From positions 677 to 64,676 of the forward strand of contig CAZNZS010000003.1 of assembly GCA_964577585.1 (NCBI GenBank): 64,000 nucleotides of DNA, written 5' to 3'. The position numbers and the translations under genes were made by a program. This DNA comes from an uncultured Acutalibacter sp. (lineage in GTDB: Bacteria > Bacillota > Clostridia > Oscillospirales > Acutalibacteraceae). The notes below the pieces were generated by a model. It had not been told where the DNA came from. It did not search any database and saw nothing but the letters and a program-made list of their open reading frames with translations. Below are positions 8,647-20,040 of the stretch, in pieces (the stretch's first letter is position 1; every line of letters starts with the position of its first letter).

Positions 8647-9679
8647 TCAAAAGAAATGGTACGAAAAGGCCGGAAACTGCGGCGATATCGTTTGCAGCAC
8701 CAGGATCCGCCTGGCCAGAAACCTTTCCCAATTTCCTTTTCCAAACAGAGCTACCCCGGAGCAAAAGGGTGAAATAGAAAAGAAAGTGCAAATGGCTCTG
8801 CTCTCCGGAAACAGTGCGATTTCAAACGATTTTCGCTTTATCAACCTGGAAAAGCTTTCCGATGAAGAGGCCGTTTCCCTGGTCGAACGCCACATTGTAA
8901 GTCCTGCCTTTATTTCAGACAGGGGCGGAAAGGGCATCTTGATGTCCGATGACGAAAGCGTTTCTATCATGATAAACGAAGAGGACCATTTAAGGATCCA
9001 GGTCCTGCAGGAAGGCTTGTCTTTACAGGAGGCTGCTGAAAAGGCGGACCGCATAGATACGCTTCTCAGCGAAAGCCTGCAATATGCCTTTGATCCCAAG
9101 CTCGGATATTTAACGCAGTGCCCGACAAATCTTGGCACCGGAATGCGGGCTTCCATTATGCTGCATCTTCCCGCTCTGACAGAGAGCGGCACAATGGGGC
9201 GCATTTCCTCCAACCTTTCAAAGCTCGGCCTGGTCCTCAGGGGAAGCTATGGGGAGGGAAGCCAAAGCGTGGGCTCCTATTATCAGCTTTCAAACCAGAT
9301 AACGCTGGGGCTCAGCGAAAAAGAGGCGATTGACAATCTGAGCGCCATTACCACCCAATTGATAGAAGAAGAGCGAAAGATCAGGGATGATCTCAGTAAA
9401 AGCGTTGCCGTTCAGGATAAAATAAGCCGTGCGGCAGGTATGCTGAAATCCGCCAGGCTGTTGTCCTGCAGTGAATTTATGAATCTGGTCTCCTATGTCA
9501 GATTCGGTTTATCTACAGGGCTTCTTTCAGGCATAACGGAAGAAGACCTGAACGGACTTTCCACCAGGGTCCAGCCCGCCACTCTCATGGCGGCGTCCGG
9601 AAAACCCATGGATCAAAATCAGCGGGACATTCTCCGCGCTCAATTGGTGCGGCAGGTATGCTCCCAAATAAAGGAGTGA
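8639..9679 (+). CDS. mcsB: Protein arginine kinase McsB
   Basis: STRIRLARN, MINEEDHLRIQ, GYLTQCPTNLGTGMRAS motifs. Confidence 0.95.
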   Translation: MNDQKKWYEKAGNCGDIVCSTRIRLARNLSQFPFPNRATPEQKGEIEKKVQMALLSGNSAISNDFRFINLEKLSDEEAVSLVERHIVSPAFISDRGGKGILMSDDESVSIMINEEDHLRIQVLQEGLSLQEAAEKADRIDTLLSESLQYAFDPKLGYLTQCPTNLGTGMRASIMLHLPALTESGTMGRISSNLSKLGLVLRGSYGEGSQSVGSYYQLSNQITLGLSEKEAIDNLSAITTQLIEEERKIRDDLSKSVAVQDKISRAAGMLKSARLLSCSEFMNLVSYVRFGLSTGLLSGITEEDLNGLSTRVQPATLMAASGKPMDQNQRDILRAQLVRQVCSQIKE

Positions 9680-9686
9680 ACGATTT

Positions 9687-12137
9687 ATGTATCGCTTTAA
9701 TGGTTTTACAGAAAAAGCCAACAAAGCTTTAAATCTTGCGGTGACCTCTGCCCAGGAGCTTGGCAACGATTATATCGGCAGTGAGCATATCGTACTGGGT
9801 TTATTGAAGGAAGGCTCAGGCGTTGCTTATACCGTTATGTCAAAGCTTGGAGTGACGGCGGAGGCTTATGAAAATCTTATCCGGGAGCGTGTAGGTTCAG
9901 GTGCTCCCACAGTTCTTTCGCCCGATGACTTTACCCCCAGGACAAAGCAGATATTGCAGATCGCTATGATGGTGGGGGCCCGTTTGCAGAATTCCCGCAT
10001 CGGTACAGAGCATTTGCTTATCGCGGTTATGGAAGACGAGAGCTGCTATGGCATGCGGTTCTTACGGCTGCTGAATGTTGATCCCAAGCGGATTGCTTCC
10101 GAGCTTTCCGCCCTTCTTCAGCAGACAGCTTATCCGCAGGCCGGCGGCGATATGGTGCAGGATCCGAACGGGCAGCAGGGTTCAGGAAAAGCGCTTGACC
10201 AATTTGGAAGAGATCTTACTCAATTAGCGGCCCAGGGAAAGATCGATCCCGTTATCGGAAGAGAGCAGGAAATTCAGCGTGTGATCCAGATCCTTTCCCG
10301 CCGGACCAAAAACAATCCTGTGCTGATCGGTGAGCCCGGAGTGGGCAAAACTGCTGTGGCAGAAGGTCTAGCGCTGAAAATCAACGCGGGTGATGTTCCC
10401 GAGACCTTAAAAGGCAAGCGTCTGATTTCCCTTGATTTGACCGGAATGGTAGCCGGAACAAAATACCGCGGTGATTTTGAGGAAAGAATCAAATCTGCCA
10501 TTGAAGAAGTCAAGCAGGATGGAAACATCATTCTTTTTATCGATGAGCTTCACACCATTATCGGCGCCGGTTCCGCCGAGGGCTCCACAGATGCCGCCAA
10601 TATTTTGAAGCCCTCTCTGGCCCGGGGCGATTTCCAGGTGATTGGCGCAACCACTATCAACGAGTATCGCAAATATATTGAAAAGGACGCCGCCTTGGAA
10701 CGGCGCTTCCAGCCGGTCACTGTGGGAGAACCAACCGAGGAAGAGGCAATCTCCATTTTGCAGGGCCTGAAAGAACGCTATGAGGCTCATCACAAGGTCC
10801 AGATATCCGAGGAAGCTATCGAAGCCGCTGTGCGCCTTTCTTCACGGTATATTTCAGACAGATATCTGCCTGACAAAGCCATCGACCTTATTGACGAGGC
10901 GGCTTCACGCGTCCGCTTGAGAGCTTTTACGGCGCCTGATTCTCTGCAGGACATGGAAAAAGAACTGAAAGAGATAGAGAGAGAGAAGACAGCCGCTGTT
11001 AATTCTCAGGAATTTGAACGTGCCGCCGCCCTGCGCGATAAGCAAAAGGAGATCACCGAGCGCATGGAGAAGGCAAAGGATGCTTGGGCAGCAAAGAACG
11101 AGCGTGACAACAGCGCGGTCCTGCCGGAAGATATTGCGGATATCGTCTCAATGTGGACCGGTGTACCTGTTTCACAGCTTACGGAAGAAGAAAGCCAGCG
11201 CCTGCTTCATCTGGAAGACATCCTGCATAAGCGTGTTATCGGACAGGAGGAAGCTGTTTCCGCAATTTCGAAGGCTATTCGCCGCGGAAGGGTAGGCCTG
11301 AAAGACAAGAACAGGCCAATCGGCTCCTTTATCTTCCTGGGGCCTACCGGTGTTGGCAAAACAGAGCTTTCGAAAGCACTGGCAGAAGCCATGTTTGGAG
11401 ATGAAAAGGCTATAGTCCGCTTCGATATGTCCGAATATATGGAAAAGCATACCGCTTCACGGTTGGTAGGCTCACCTCCCGGATATGTCGGATACGATGA
11501 GGGCGGCCAGCTTACGGAAGCAGTGCGGAGAAAGCCCTATTCCGTTGTTCTCTTCGATGAGATCGAAAAGGCTCATCCGGATGTTTTCAATATTCTTCTC
11601 CAGATTTTGGAGGATGGGCGCGTTACCGATTCACAGGGAAAAACCGTGGATTTTAAGAACACGGTGATCATCATGACTTCCAACGTGGGTGCCAGGCTTA
11701 TTACAGAGAAGCAGAAGAGTTTGGGCTTTACAGAAAGCTCACAGACGGAAGCATCAGATTTTGAAAAGACAAAGGATCTTGTCATGAATGAGTTGAAGAG
11801 TCTTTTCAAACCGGAGTTTCTTAACCGTGTAGACGACATCATCGTCTTCCATAAGCTCACTCGTGAAAACACACATCAGATCGCAGAAAAGATGCTTTTG
11901 AGTGTGCAGAAGAAGCTCAGGGAGATGGAAATCGATATGGATTTCGGTCAGGATGTGATCGAGGCCGTTGCGGAAAAGGGATATGACCCGATTTACGGTG
12001 CAAGGCCGCTGCGCCGCGTCATCCAAAGCGATTTGGAGGATACAATTTCCGAACAAATGCTTGAAGGCAAGCTTTCTGCCGGAAAGAGTTATTCCTGCTC
12101 CTGGAAAGAAGGCAAACCGAGCTTTACGGAAAAATAA
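9687..12137 (+). CDS. clpC: ATP-dependent Clp protease ATPase subunit ClpC
   Basis: Two AAA+ modules ([16 protein letters not shown]), Clp-N repeats, UVR middle domain. Confidence 0.97.
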   Translation: MYRFNGFTEKANKALNLAVTSAQELGNDYIGSEHIVLGLLKEGSGVAYTVMSKLGVTAEAYENLIRERVGSGAPTVLSPDDFTPRTKQILQIAMMVGARLQNSRIGTEHLLIAVMEDESCYGMRFLRLLNVDPKRIASELSALLQQTAYPQAGGDMVQDPNGQQGSGKALDQFGRDLTQLAAQGKIDPVIGREQEIQRVIQILSRRTKNNPVLIGEPGVGKTAVAEGLALKINAGDVPETLKGKRLISLDLTGMVAGTKYRGDFEERIKSAIEEVKQDGNIILFIDELHTIIGAGSAEGSTDAANILKPSLARGDFQVIGATTINEYRKYIEKDAALERRFQPVTVGEPTEEEAISILQGLKERYEAHHKVQISEEAIEAAVRLSSRYISDRYLPDKAIDLIDEAASRVRLRAFTAPDSLQDMEKELKEIEREKTAAVNSQEFERAAALRDKQKEITERMEKAKDAWAAKNERDNSAVLPEDIADIVSMWTGVPVSQLTEEESQRLLHLEDILHKRVIGQEEAVSAISKAIRRGRVGLKDKNRPIGSFIFLGPTGVGKTELSKALAEAMFGDEKAIVRFDMSEYMEKHTASRLVGSPPGYVGYDEGGQLTEAVRRKPYSVVLFDEIEKAHPDVFNILLQILEDGRVTDSQGKTVDFKNTVIIMTSNVGARLITEKQKSLGFTESSQTEASDFEKTKDLVMNELKSLFKPEFLNRVDDIIVFHKLTRENTHQIAEKMLLSVQKKLREMEIDMDFGQDVIEAVAEKGYDPIYGARPLRRVIQSDLEDTISEQMLEGKLSAGKSYSCSWKEGKPSFTEK

Positions 12138-12148
12138 TATTCAAAATC

Positions 12149-12189
12149 AGATCCCAATACAGGTGTTAACCCTGTATTGGGATCTTTTT
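12149..12189. terminator. Terminator after clpC (convergent pair)
   Basis: agatcccaatacagg-loop-cctgtattgggatct-tttt. Confidence 0.85.
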
Positions 12190-12204
12190 CAATGACTGTG
12201 AATT

Positions 12205-13143
12205 TTATGAGGAAAATACGGTCATAACCTGCTTTTCGCTTTTGGAAGGCGAATAGAGGAATTCATCCATATGATTGCCGGAAAAGAAGTATTCCGGAAC
12301 CTGTGGCTTTTTAGTCTCCATATCAAAGGTTTCAATCACAATAAGCTTGATTTTCATGCGGGAAGGCATAATGCTTTTGATATATACGCTTGCCTGTTGT
12401 CCCGGGAAGACATTTTCCTTCAGTTCTGCCAGCCCTGCCAGATTAGGTGCTAATTCCACAAAAATGCCATAGCTTTCTATGGTTCTGATAATACCGCCGA
12501 CAGTTTCCCCGGGAGAAAATTTGGATGCGTTTTCTTCCCAGGTTCCCAAAAGCTCTTTATGTGACAGGGTGATCCTGTCCTTTTCAATATCTTTTACAAC
12601 GGCACGAATATCCATTCCCACGCTGAATCTCTCTCCGGGATGTTCTATGCGGGATACGGAAATGGCGTCGATGGGGAGAAGGGAAACCATACCACAGCCA
12701 ATATCCGCAAAAACGCCGAATGGCTCAATATGTGTTACTCTGGCGCTCAAAACATCACCGGGGACCAATGTGCTCAAAAATTCTTCCCTGCATTTCTCCT
12801 GGGCTGCCCGCCGGGAAAGCAGGGCGGTGATTTTACCTTCCTTATCGCGAAAAAAATCCTGTATTAAAAAACAAACCGGGCGATTTACCCGGGAAATGAT
12901 AGCTATGTCCCGAACGTTTCCTTCCCGTATTCCAATAGCACCCTCATCTCTGGGAATGACCCCTTTCATGAATTGAAAATCGACTATGAGATTGTGGTCA
13001 CTGTCACACATCACAGCCCGGGATTCAAGGATCCTTTCATTGTGCATGGCCTCAGAAAGAGAAGCAGGGGATTGCATTGCAGTCCTGTTTTCCAAACTGT
13101 CTATCAGATAGCCTTCCGGGAAAAATTTCATGAGATCTATCAT
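12205..13143 (-). CDS. S1 RNA-binding domain protein
   Basis: Repeated S1 motifs (ARVTHIEPFGVFADIG; GIIRTIESYGIFVELA). Confidence 0.8.
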   Translation of the reverse strand: MIDLMKFFPEGYLIDSLENRTAMQSPASLSEAMHNERILESRAVMCDSDHNLIVDFQFMKGVIPRDEGAIGIREGNVRDIAIISRVNRPVCFLIQDFFRDKEGKITALLSRRAAQEKCREEFLSTLVPGDVLSARVTHIEPFGVFADIGCGMVSLLPIDAISVSRIEHPGERFSVGMDIRAVVKDIEKDRITLSHKELLGTWEENASKFSPGETVGGIIRTIESYGIFVELAPNLAGLAELKENVFPGQQASVYIKSIMPSRMKIKLIVIETFDMETKKPQVPEYFFSGNHMDEFLYSPSKSEKQVMTVFSS

Positions 13144-13188
13144 TCCTTTCTTAGCTGGGAAACGTCCATTTTTCTTTTGCTACATGAG

Positions 13189-13217
13189 AATATATGTTGG
13201 TTCAAAAGATAAAATGA
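13189..13217 (-). promoter_or_regulatory. sigmaE-type promoter of the S1-domain gene
   Basis: Minus strand TCATTTT-14 nt-CATATATT resembles the sigmaE consensus. Confidence 0.45.
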
Positions 13218-13230
13218 CGGGAAAATCGGG

Positions 13231-13259
13231 TTGCAACTTGCGGAGATATCATGTAAAAT
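13231..13259 (+). promoter_or_regulatory. sigmaA promoter of the cyclophilin gene
   Basis: TTGCAA-17 nt-(TG)TAAAAT. Confidence 0.65.
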
Positions 13260-13293
13260 AGCTTTAAGCTTATTGATGAGAAAGGGTTTTGCT

Positions 13294-14127
13294 ATGAAGA
13301 GATTCATTTTATGCCTCTTTTCCGTTTGGATGGTCTTGTCCTTTACTGCCTGTGCATCCAAATCCACTTCTCCCGCAGCCGCTGTTTTAGGAACGGATGA
13401 GCTTATCGCACAGGATCAGTTGAAGCCTGCGGTGAGCAGAGAAAAGATAGGGTATCAGCTTGATCCTCCCGAAAAAGGAGAAGAAATTGCCGTTATCACC
13501 ATGGAATCGGGTAAGGTCTTTAAGCTGCGCTTCTTCCCAAATGAAGCGCCTAAGGCCGTCTACAACTTTAAAAAGCATGCGATCGACGGTTATTTTGACG
13601 GACTGACCTTCCACCGCATCATTGAAAACTTCATGATTCAGGGCGGCGATCCTCAGGGTGACGGCTACGGCGGGGAAAGCGTTTGGGGTGAAGCGTTTGC
13701 GGATGAATTCAATTCCAACCTTCTCAATATCACCGGCTCTGTTTCCATGGCAAATTCCGGCGCCAATACCAATGGGAGCCAGTTCTTCATCAACACGGGA
13801 TCGCCTTCTTCCGTTGATTGGGACAATTATGAGCAAGGCTTTGGAATATATCAGTCAGATCCTGAAACATTTACCGCCAATTACGGCCGATGGATCAAAA
13901 TGGATATCGTACCGGAAGAGATGAAAACACTTTATGACGAAAAGGGCGGCAATCCTCACCTTGATGGATATTATTCCACCACCGGGGAAGGCCATACCGT
14001 TTTCGCTCAGGTTTTCGAGGGACTGGATGTAGTAGAAGAGCTCTCCAAAGTTTCGGTAGACCCAAATAGCAACAAGCCACTTGAGCCCGTTATGATCAAA
14101 ACTGTTAAAATCGAAGTAAACGAATAA
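13294..14127 (+). CDS. Cyclophilin-type peptidyl-prolyl isomerase, lipoprotein
   Basis: Signal peptide with lipobox FTAC; FHRIIENFMIQGGDP, SMANSGANTNGSQFFI, HTVFAQV motifs. Confidence 0.92.
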   Translation: MKRFILCLFSVWMVLSFTACASKSTSPAAAVLGTDELIAQDQLKPAVSREKIGYQLDPPEKGEEIAVITMESGKVFKLRFFPNEAPKAVYNFKKHAIDGYFDGLTFHRIIENFMIQGGDPQGDGYGGESVWGEAFADEFNSNLLNITGSVSMANSGANTNGSQFFINTGSPSSVDWDNYEQGFGIYQSDPETFTANYGRWIKMDIVPEEMKTLYDEKGGNPHLDGYYSTTGEGHTVFAQVFEGLDVVEELSKVSVDPNSNKPLEPVMIKTVKIEVNE

Positions 14128-14133
14128 AACCGG

Positions 14134-14180
14134 AAAAAAGATATCCGGAGGCCGCAACTGCAGTCTCCGGATCATTTTTT
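14134..14180. terminator. Bidirectional terminator between the PPIase gene and rex
   Basis: atccggaggc...gtctccggat stem flanked by A and T runs. Confidence 0.7.
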
Positions 14181-14817
14181 AAGATTTATCCTGCGTTAAG
14201 AGATAACAAAGTGTCATCATACTGTCATTCATGTGTACGTTTTCCACAATGGCGTCTTTATGCTTCAACGAAATGTCATAATGCCCGAAATTCCAAAAGC
14301 AGCGTATCCCGATATCGTAAAGCTCATCCGAGATCTTTTCCACCGAATCCCTCGGAACGCAAAGAATCGCCATAGTCGGGAGGTTTTCCTTGCAAAAATC
14401 TTCAATTCCGGTGTAATCCAAAACCTGATATCCGCTTATCGTTTTTCCGATGACCTGAGGGGAATTATCAAATACGCCGACTAAGGCAAAGCCGAGATTT
14501 TCAAAGGGCATGTGACCCACGATAGCTCTGCCGAGGTTTCCGGCGCCGATCAAAACGCATTTATAGCAATGATCTAACCCCAAGATCTTTTCTATCTCTA
14601 CGCGAAGCTGGGGAATATTGTACCCATAGCCCTGTTGACCGAATCCGCCAAAGCTGTTAAAATCCTGCCGGATCTGCGAGGCCGTGAGGCCCATATCCTT
14701 CGCCAGCTCTTTAGAGGAGATCTTTGTTTTACCCTGTTTTTCCAGTTCCGATAAAAAGCGATAATACCGAGGAAGCCTTCGGATCACGGACATAGAAACG
14801 TTATCTTTTTTTTGCAT
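14179..14817 (-). CDS. rex: Redox-sensing repressor Rex
   Basis: VIRRLPRYYR, IRQDFNSFGGFGQQGYGY, GAGNLGRA motifs; start chosen at MQKKDN. Confidence 0.94.
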   Translation of the reverse strand: MQKKDNVSMSVIRRLPRYYRFLSELEKQGKTKISSKELAKDMGLTASQIRQDFNSFGGFGQQGYGYNIPQLRVEIEKILGLDHCYKCVLIGAGNLGRAIVGHMPFENLGFALVGVFDNSPQVIGKTISGYQVLDYTGIEDFCKENLPTMAILCVPRDSVEKISDELYDIGIRCFWNFGHYDISLKHKDAIVENVHMNDSMMTLCYLLTQDKS

Positions 14818-14851
14818 ACATTCTGCCTTATCCTTATTGAAATAAATTTCG

Positions 14852-16063
14852 TCAAATAAACTGCTGAAGCTTTTCGTTGACCGCAAGCAGGAAATCGCGT
14901 GTGTTTACCTTGCGGATCTCCGAAAGGGTGGACATGCTGGCTAAATCGCCAGTCATCACACCGCTTTCAATGGTGTCGATCGTGGCACGCTCCAAAAGCG
15001 AAGCGAATTCCACCAGAGCGTCGTTTCCGTCCAGCTCGCCTCTCTTGCGGAGAGCGCCGGTCCAGGCAAACAGTGTCGCGACTGAGTTTGTAGACGTTTC
15101 TTCGCCCTTCAGATGCTTATAATAGTGGCGCTGTACCGTTCCGTGAGCGGCCTCATACTCGTAGATCCCGTCCGGAGATACCAGCACCGAAGTCATCATC
15201 GCGAGACTGCCGAAGGCTGTCGCCACCATGTCGCTCATGACGTCCCCGTCATAATTCTTGCAGGCCCAGATGTATCCGCCGCGGCTGCGTATCACTCTGG
15301 CAACAGCGTCATCAATCAATGTGTAGAAATATTCAATTCCAGCTTTCTGGAATTTGTTTTCGTATTCCTTCTGATAAATCTCCGCAAAAATGTCCTTAAA
15401 CCGGTGATCGTAAGTTTTGGATATCGTATCCTTGGAAGAGAACCACAGATCTTGCTTTGTATCCAGAGCAAACTGGAAGCAGGAACGGGCAAAGCTTTTG
15501 ATGCTTTGATCCGTATTGTGCATTCCCTGAATGATTCCTGCGCTGTCGGAAAACTGATGGATCAGGCGCCTTTCTTCCGTACCATCCTCTTTTGTGATGA
15601 GAAGCTCTGCCTTCGCTCCCTGGGGAACGGAGGCTTCCGAGTTTTTATAAACGTCACCGTATGCGTGGCGGGCAATGGTGATGGGCTGTTTCCAGTTTGG
15701 AATATACGGTGTGATCCCCTTCACCAGAATAGGGGTCCTGAATACGGTTCCGTCCAAAATAGCACGGATCGTCCCATTGGGAGATTTCCACATTTCCTTG
15801 AGATCGTATTCATCCATTCTGGCTGCGTTGGGGGTGATAGTGGCACATTTCACGGCTACACCGTATTTTTTTGTTGCCATTGCGGAATCCACAGTTACCT
15901 GGTCGTTAGTCCTGTTTCGATTTTCCAGTCCCAGGTCATAATATTCCGTATTCAGTTCCACATAGGGGAGAATCAGGATATCCTTTATCATTTTCCAGAT
16001 GACTCTGGTCATCTCATCGCCGTCCATTTCAACCAGCGGTGTTTTCATCGGGATCCTTTGCAT
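14852..16063 (-). CDS. icd: NADP-dependent isocitrate dehydrogenase
   Basis: [43 protein letters not shown] motifs. Confidence 0.96.
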   Translation of the reverse strand: MQRIPMKTPLVEMDGDEMTRVIWKMIKDILILPYVELNTEYYDLGLENRNRTNDQVTVDSAMATKKYGVAVKCATITPNAARMDEYDLKEMWKSPNGTIRAILDGTVFRTPILVKGITPYIPNWKQPITIARHAYGDVYKNSEASVPQGAKAELLITKEDGTEERRLIHQFSDSAGIIQGMHNTDQSIKSFARSCFQFALDTKQDLWFSSKDTISKTYDHRFKDIFAEIYQKEYENKFQKAGIEYFYTLIDDAVARVIRSRGGYIWACKNYDGDVMSDMVATAFGSLAMMTSVLVSPDGIYEYEAAHGTVQRHYYKHLKGEETSTNSVATLFAWTGALRKRGELDGNDALVEFASLLERATIDTIESGVMTGDLASMSTLSEIRKVNTRDFLLAVNEKLQQFI

Positions 16064-16086
16064 AGCCGGTCCTCCTTTTTTATGAA

Positions 16087-18021
16087 TCAGTTTGACTTTT
16101 TCTTTGTATAATTGAGCAGACCTCCGGCAAGAACCATTTCTCTTTGCCTGTCCGTAAGCTGAGCTGTAAGCTTCATCTCAATTTTCTTGGTGCTGTTGAC
16201 CATTGTTATTTCACAACCGGCCTCGAGTTCTTCCCGAAGCTTTGGGAAACAGAGCTCGTCCATTTGGTCGATCTGGTCATATTGCCGCTCATCCTGAAAT
16301 TGCAGGGGAAGAATTCCGGCGTTTGCCAGATTCGCGCAGTGTATCCGGGCATATGACTTTACAATGACTGCCTTGATCCCAAGATACAGAGGGACCAGTG
16401 CGGCATGCTCTCGGGAGGAGCCCTGTCCATAATTTTGGCCGCCGATGATCACTCCGCCGCCATGTTCCTTGCAGCGGGCCGGAAATTCTTTATCACAAAC
16501 GCCAAAGCAGAAGTTTGAAAGATAGGGAATATTGGAACGGTAGGGAAGAATCTTTGCTCCTGCCGGCATAATGTGGTCTGTGGTGATATTGTCTCCAACC
16601 TTCAGAATCGCCTTTGTCCTAATCTGATCGGGCAGCGCTTCGGAAACCGGAAAGGGTTTGATATTGGGGCCGCGCTGAATTTCCACCGTCTCCATCAGTT
16701 CTTCCGGAGCAGGCGGCAGGATCATATTGTCGTTAATGAAAAACTCTCCCGGCATGGAAATTGCTTCCCAGTCTCCCAGAGTCCTAGGATCTGTAAAAAC
16801 GCCTGTCAGAGCGGAAGCCGCAGCCGTTTCGGGGCTTACAAGATAAACCTGACCGTCAGCGGTGCCGCTGCGTCCTTCAAAATTTCTGTTAAAGGTGCGA
16901 AGGGATACTCCACCCGAGCTTGGAGCCTGACCCATACCGATGCAGGGACCGCAGGCGCACTCCAGTATGCGGGCCCCGGCAGCAATGCAGTCAGCTAAAG
17001 CGCCGTTTGACGCCAGCATATGATAGACCTGCTTTGAGCCGCATCCAATAGTCAGACTGACGTCGGGATGGATCGTCTTTCCGCGCAGAATAGAGGCTAC
17101 CCGCATCATATCAAGATAAGAGGAATTCGTACAGGAGCCGATACAGCACTGATCTATCTTCATCCCCGAAAGCTCCCTGACGGACTTTACCGCGTCAGGG
17201 CTGTGGGGGCAGGCAGCCAGCGGCTCCAGAGAAGAAAGGTCAAGGTCAATGATTTCGTCATAAACTGCATCCGCGTCCGATTTCAGCTCTACCCAGCAGT
17301 CTTCGCGGCCCTGTGCCTTTAAGAACCGGCGTGTGATCTCGTCAGAGGGGAAAATAGATGTTGTCGCGCCCAGCTCAGTTCCCATATTGGTGATGGTGGC
17401 ACGCTCTGGAACGGATAAAGTGGCGATCCCTTCGCCGCCGTATTCCATGATTTTACCCACGCCGCCTTTAACGCTCAGCTTTTGCAGCACAAAGAGGATG
17501 ACGTCTTTTGCGGAAACCCAGGGAGAAAGCTTACCGGTAAGGTTTATTTTTACCATTTTCGGCATAGTGATATGGTATTCACCGCCGCCCATAGCAACTG
17601 CCACATCGAGCCCACCGGCGCCAAAAGCCAGCATTCCAATGCCGCCGCCGGTGGGTGTATGACTGTCAGAGCCAATCAGAGTTTTGCCGGGAACGCCAAA
17701 GCGCTCCAGATGGATCTGATGGCAAATGCCGTTTCCCGGGCGTGAAAAGTAAATACCGTGCTTTTTCGCGACAGATTGAATGTATTTGTGGTCATCTGCG
17801 TTTTCAAAACCGCTCTGCAGCGTGTTGTGATCTATGTAAGCCACGCTGCGCTCAGTCTTTACGCGGGGAACGCCCATGGCTTCAAATTCCAGATATGCCA
17901 TTGTACCGGTAGCGTCCTGAGTCAGGGTTTGATCGATCCGCAAGCCCACATCTTCACCGGTGCGCATTTCACCACTGATGAGGTGATTCTTGATTATTTT
18001 TTCTGCAATAGTAAGTCCCAT
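16087..18021 (-). CDS. Aconitate hydratase
   Basis: [50 protein letters not shown] motifs. Confidence 0.94.
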   Translation of the reverse strand: MGLTIAEKIIKNHLISGEMRTGEDVGLRIDQTLTQDATGTMAYLEFEAMGVPRVKTERSVAYIDHNTLQSGFENADDHKYIQSVAKKHGIYFSRPGNGICHQIHLERFGVPGKTLIGSDSHTPTGGGIGMLAFGAGGLDVAVAMGGGEYHITMPKMVKINLTGKLSPWVSAKDVILFVLQKLSVKGGVGKIMEYGGEGIATLSVPERATITNMGTELGATTSIFPSDEITRRFLKAQGREDCWVELKSDADAVYDEIIDLDLSSLEPLAACPHSPDAVKSVRELSGMKIDQCCIGSCTNSSYLDMMRVASILRGKTIHPDVSLTIGCGSKQVYHMLASNGALADCIAAGARILECACGPCIGMGQAPSSGGVSLRTFNRNFEGRSGTADGQVYLVSPETAAASALTGVFTDPRTLGDWEAISMPGEFFINDNMILPPAPEELMETVEIQRGPNIKPFPVSEALPDQIRTKAILKVGDNITTDHIMPAGAKILPYRSNIPYLSNFCFGVCDKEFPARCKEHGGGVIIGGQNYGQGSSREHAALVPLYLGIKAVIVKSYARIHCANLANAGILPLQFQDERQYDQIDQMDELCFPKLREELEAGCEITMVNSTKKIEMKLTAQLTDRQREMVLAGGLLNYTKKKSN

Positions 18022-18051
18022 GGTTCATTCTCCTTTACAAAACTCGATATT

Positions 18052-18990
18052 TTATAGGAAAGAAAACTGCTTTAACAAAAAGATGAATAAAAACAGGGTG
18101 AAGACAGACAGCAGCGAGCTGAAAACCACAAGCTGGCTTGCCAGCCTTTCATCGCCGCCCATTTGCTGCGCCATCGTAAAGGATGACACCGCCACAGGGG
18201 AAGCGAACAAAACCAGAAGAACGGTAAGAGACGCTCCTTGGAAGCCCAGCAAAATAGCAAGTCCCAAAAACAGGATAGGGAAGAACAGGAGTTTTACAGA
18301 AAGAGAAACACACAAAGCCTTGATACAGCTCCCCACTTCCTTAAAGCTAAAAGACGCGCCCAAAAGTACAAAAGCCAGAGGCGTTGCAATACCGGCCAGA
18401 TCGGAAACTGTGCTTTCAATGACTGGCGGGAGAGAAAAGCGAAAAACGAGGCACAAAACACCGAACAGGGAAGCAATGATCAGGGGATTGGTAATGATAC
18501 CCTTGAAGATCTTCCAGATGTTCGGCCGTTCTCCCCGAAATAGTTCCAGGGAAATTACAGCTAAAATATTGTAAAGAGGTATCACTATGGAAGTCAGCAC
18601 ACCGGCAAGGCCGGCAGCTTCTTCTCCGAAAAGCGACATACAGATTGGAATGCCGAACAGAACAAAATTTCCACGGAACATTCCCTGCAGCATTACGCCC
18701 CTTAAGGAGTTTTCCCGTTCCGTCAGGAAGGCGATACAAAGGGAAAGAAGGAACTGAAGGGCAATTCCGGCCAGAACGTAAATCGTCAGGTCATAGCGGA
18801 AGCTTTGGGACAAATCGGTGTGAATGACATTCTGAAATACCAGCAAGGGGAGAAACACACAGAATACCGCCCGGTTTGTCTGCCGCACCGCAGTTTCATT
18901 CATAATTCCGGTCAAGCGAATCACATAGCCTATTGCCATCAAAAGGAAAAGGGGGGCCACTGTGACCAACGAAATTCGTAAGCTTTCCAT
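18052..18990 (-). CDS. AEC (auxin efflux carrier-like) family transporter
   Basis: About 10 TM segments, FRGNFVLFGIP, ATPLA and ASPVAVSSF motifs; start at MESLRI. Confidence 0.85.
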   Translation of the reverse strand: MESLRISLVTVAPLFLLMAIGYVIRLTGIMNETAVRQTNRAVFCVFLPLLVFQNVIHTDLSQSFRYDLTIYVLAGIALQFLLSLCIAFLTERENSLRGVMLQGMFRGNFVLFGIPICMSLFGEEAAGLAGVLTSIVIPLYNILAVISLELFRGERPNIWKIFKGIITNPLIIASLFGVLCLVFRFSLPPVIESTVSDLAGIATPLAFVLLGASFSFKEVGSCIKALCVSLSVKLLFFPILFLGLAILLGFQGASLTVLLVLFASPVAVSSFTMAQQMGGDERLASQLVVFSSLLSVFTLFLFIFLLKQFSFL

Positions 18991-19174
18991 TTCATTCTCC
19001 CCTAGGGAAACAGTATTTGAAAAATAGTATAACACGGAATTTCTTTTAGCACAACGCTTTTCTTCTCCCATGTTTTTCTTGAAGCCTGAAGGAACAAATG
19101 GTATAATAGACAAGAATAGCAATGTCCGCCTTTTGAACTCTTTGACTTTCTGACGGAATCATTTTGTCTTTTTT

Positions 19175-19203
19175 GCATGTTTCCTCTTGATTCAGGCAGA
19201 CTA
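19175..19203 (+). promoter_or_regulatory. sigmaF/sigmaG-type forespore promoter of tepA
   Basis: GCATG-15 nt-GGCAGACTA. Confidence 0.5.
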
Positions 19204-19230
19204 TCCTTTTAGAAAAAGGAGGGTTCTGCC

Positions 19231-20004
19231 ATGAAAAAAGATTTTGAAAAGAGAACTCGCTGCACGGCTGCAGAGGGAGAGGAAGAGCAAAGAGAAGGCG
19301 ATCATCAGGAGTTTAGCTCAGATCAGCAGAAGCAAATTACGGAAAGCGGCTCTGTTACGACCAAAAATAACGGTCACACCATCCACTGCCTCACTATTAT
19401 CGGACAGATCGAAGGCCACTATATCCTTCCTTCTCAGAATAAAACCACAAAATATGAACACGTTATTCCTCAGATCGTAGCTGTAGAAGAAGATCCTCAG
19501 ATTGACGGCCTGCTGATGCTTCTCAATACCGTCGGCGGCGATGTGGAAGCCGGCCTTGCATTAGCGGAGCTGGTAGCAGGCATGAAAAAGCCCACGGTCT
19601 CCCTTGTACTGGGAGGGGGGCATTCCATCGGCGTACCGCTGGCCGTTGCCGCAAAGCGGTCTTTTATTGCCGAATCCGCTTCCATGACGATCCACCCTGT
19701 CAGGATGAACGGCCTTGTGCTTGGAATCCCTCAGACGCTGGAATATTTTCAGCGGATGCAGGACCGGATCACAAATTTTGTGACCCAGAATTCCGGAATC
19801 AGCAAGGAACGGTTCATGACGCTGGCGATGAACACACAGGAACTTGTCATGGATGTAGGAACCGTTCTCGACGGGCCGGACGCGGTGGAAGAGGGGCTGA
19901 TAGATTCTCTAGGCTCCCTGTCTGACGCCATGGATTGTCTGGAAAACATGATCGATCAGGGAAAAAAGAAAGAAAAATCATCCGCAAAGAAAAAGCGAAA
20001 TTGA
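19231..20004 (+). CDS. tepA: ClpP-like protease TepA
   Basis: [48 protein letters not shown] motifs. Confidence 0.9.
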   Translation: MKKDFEKRTRCTAAEGEEEQREGDHQEFSSDQQKQITESGSVTTKNNGHTIHCLTIIGQIEGHYILPSQNKTTKYEHVIPQIVAVEEDPQIDGLLMLLNTVGGDVEAGLALAELVAGMKKPTVSLVLGGGHSIGVPLAVAAKRSFIAESASMTIHPVRMNGLVLGIPQTLEYFQRMQDRITNFVTQNSGISKERFMTLAMNTQELVMDVGTVLDGPDAVEEGLIDSLGSLSDAMDCLENMIDQGKKKEKSSAKKKRN

Positions 20005-20040
20005 AAGCGGCTTTGCCGCTACATAGACAAGGAGGCATTT

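Noticed and set aside
15113-16111. 332-aa plus-strand ORF antisense to icd
   Set aside because: Antisense shadow of a conserved enzyme gene.
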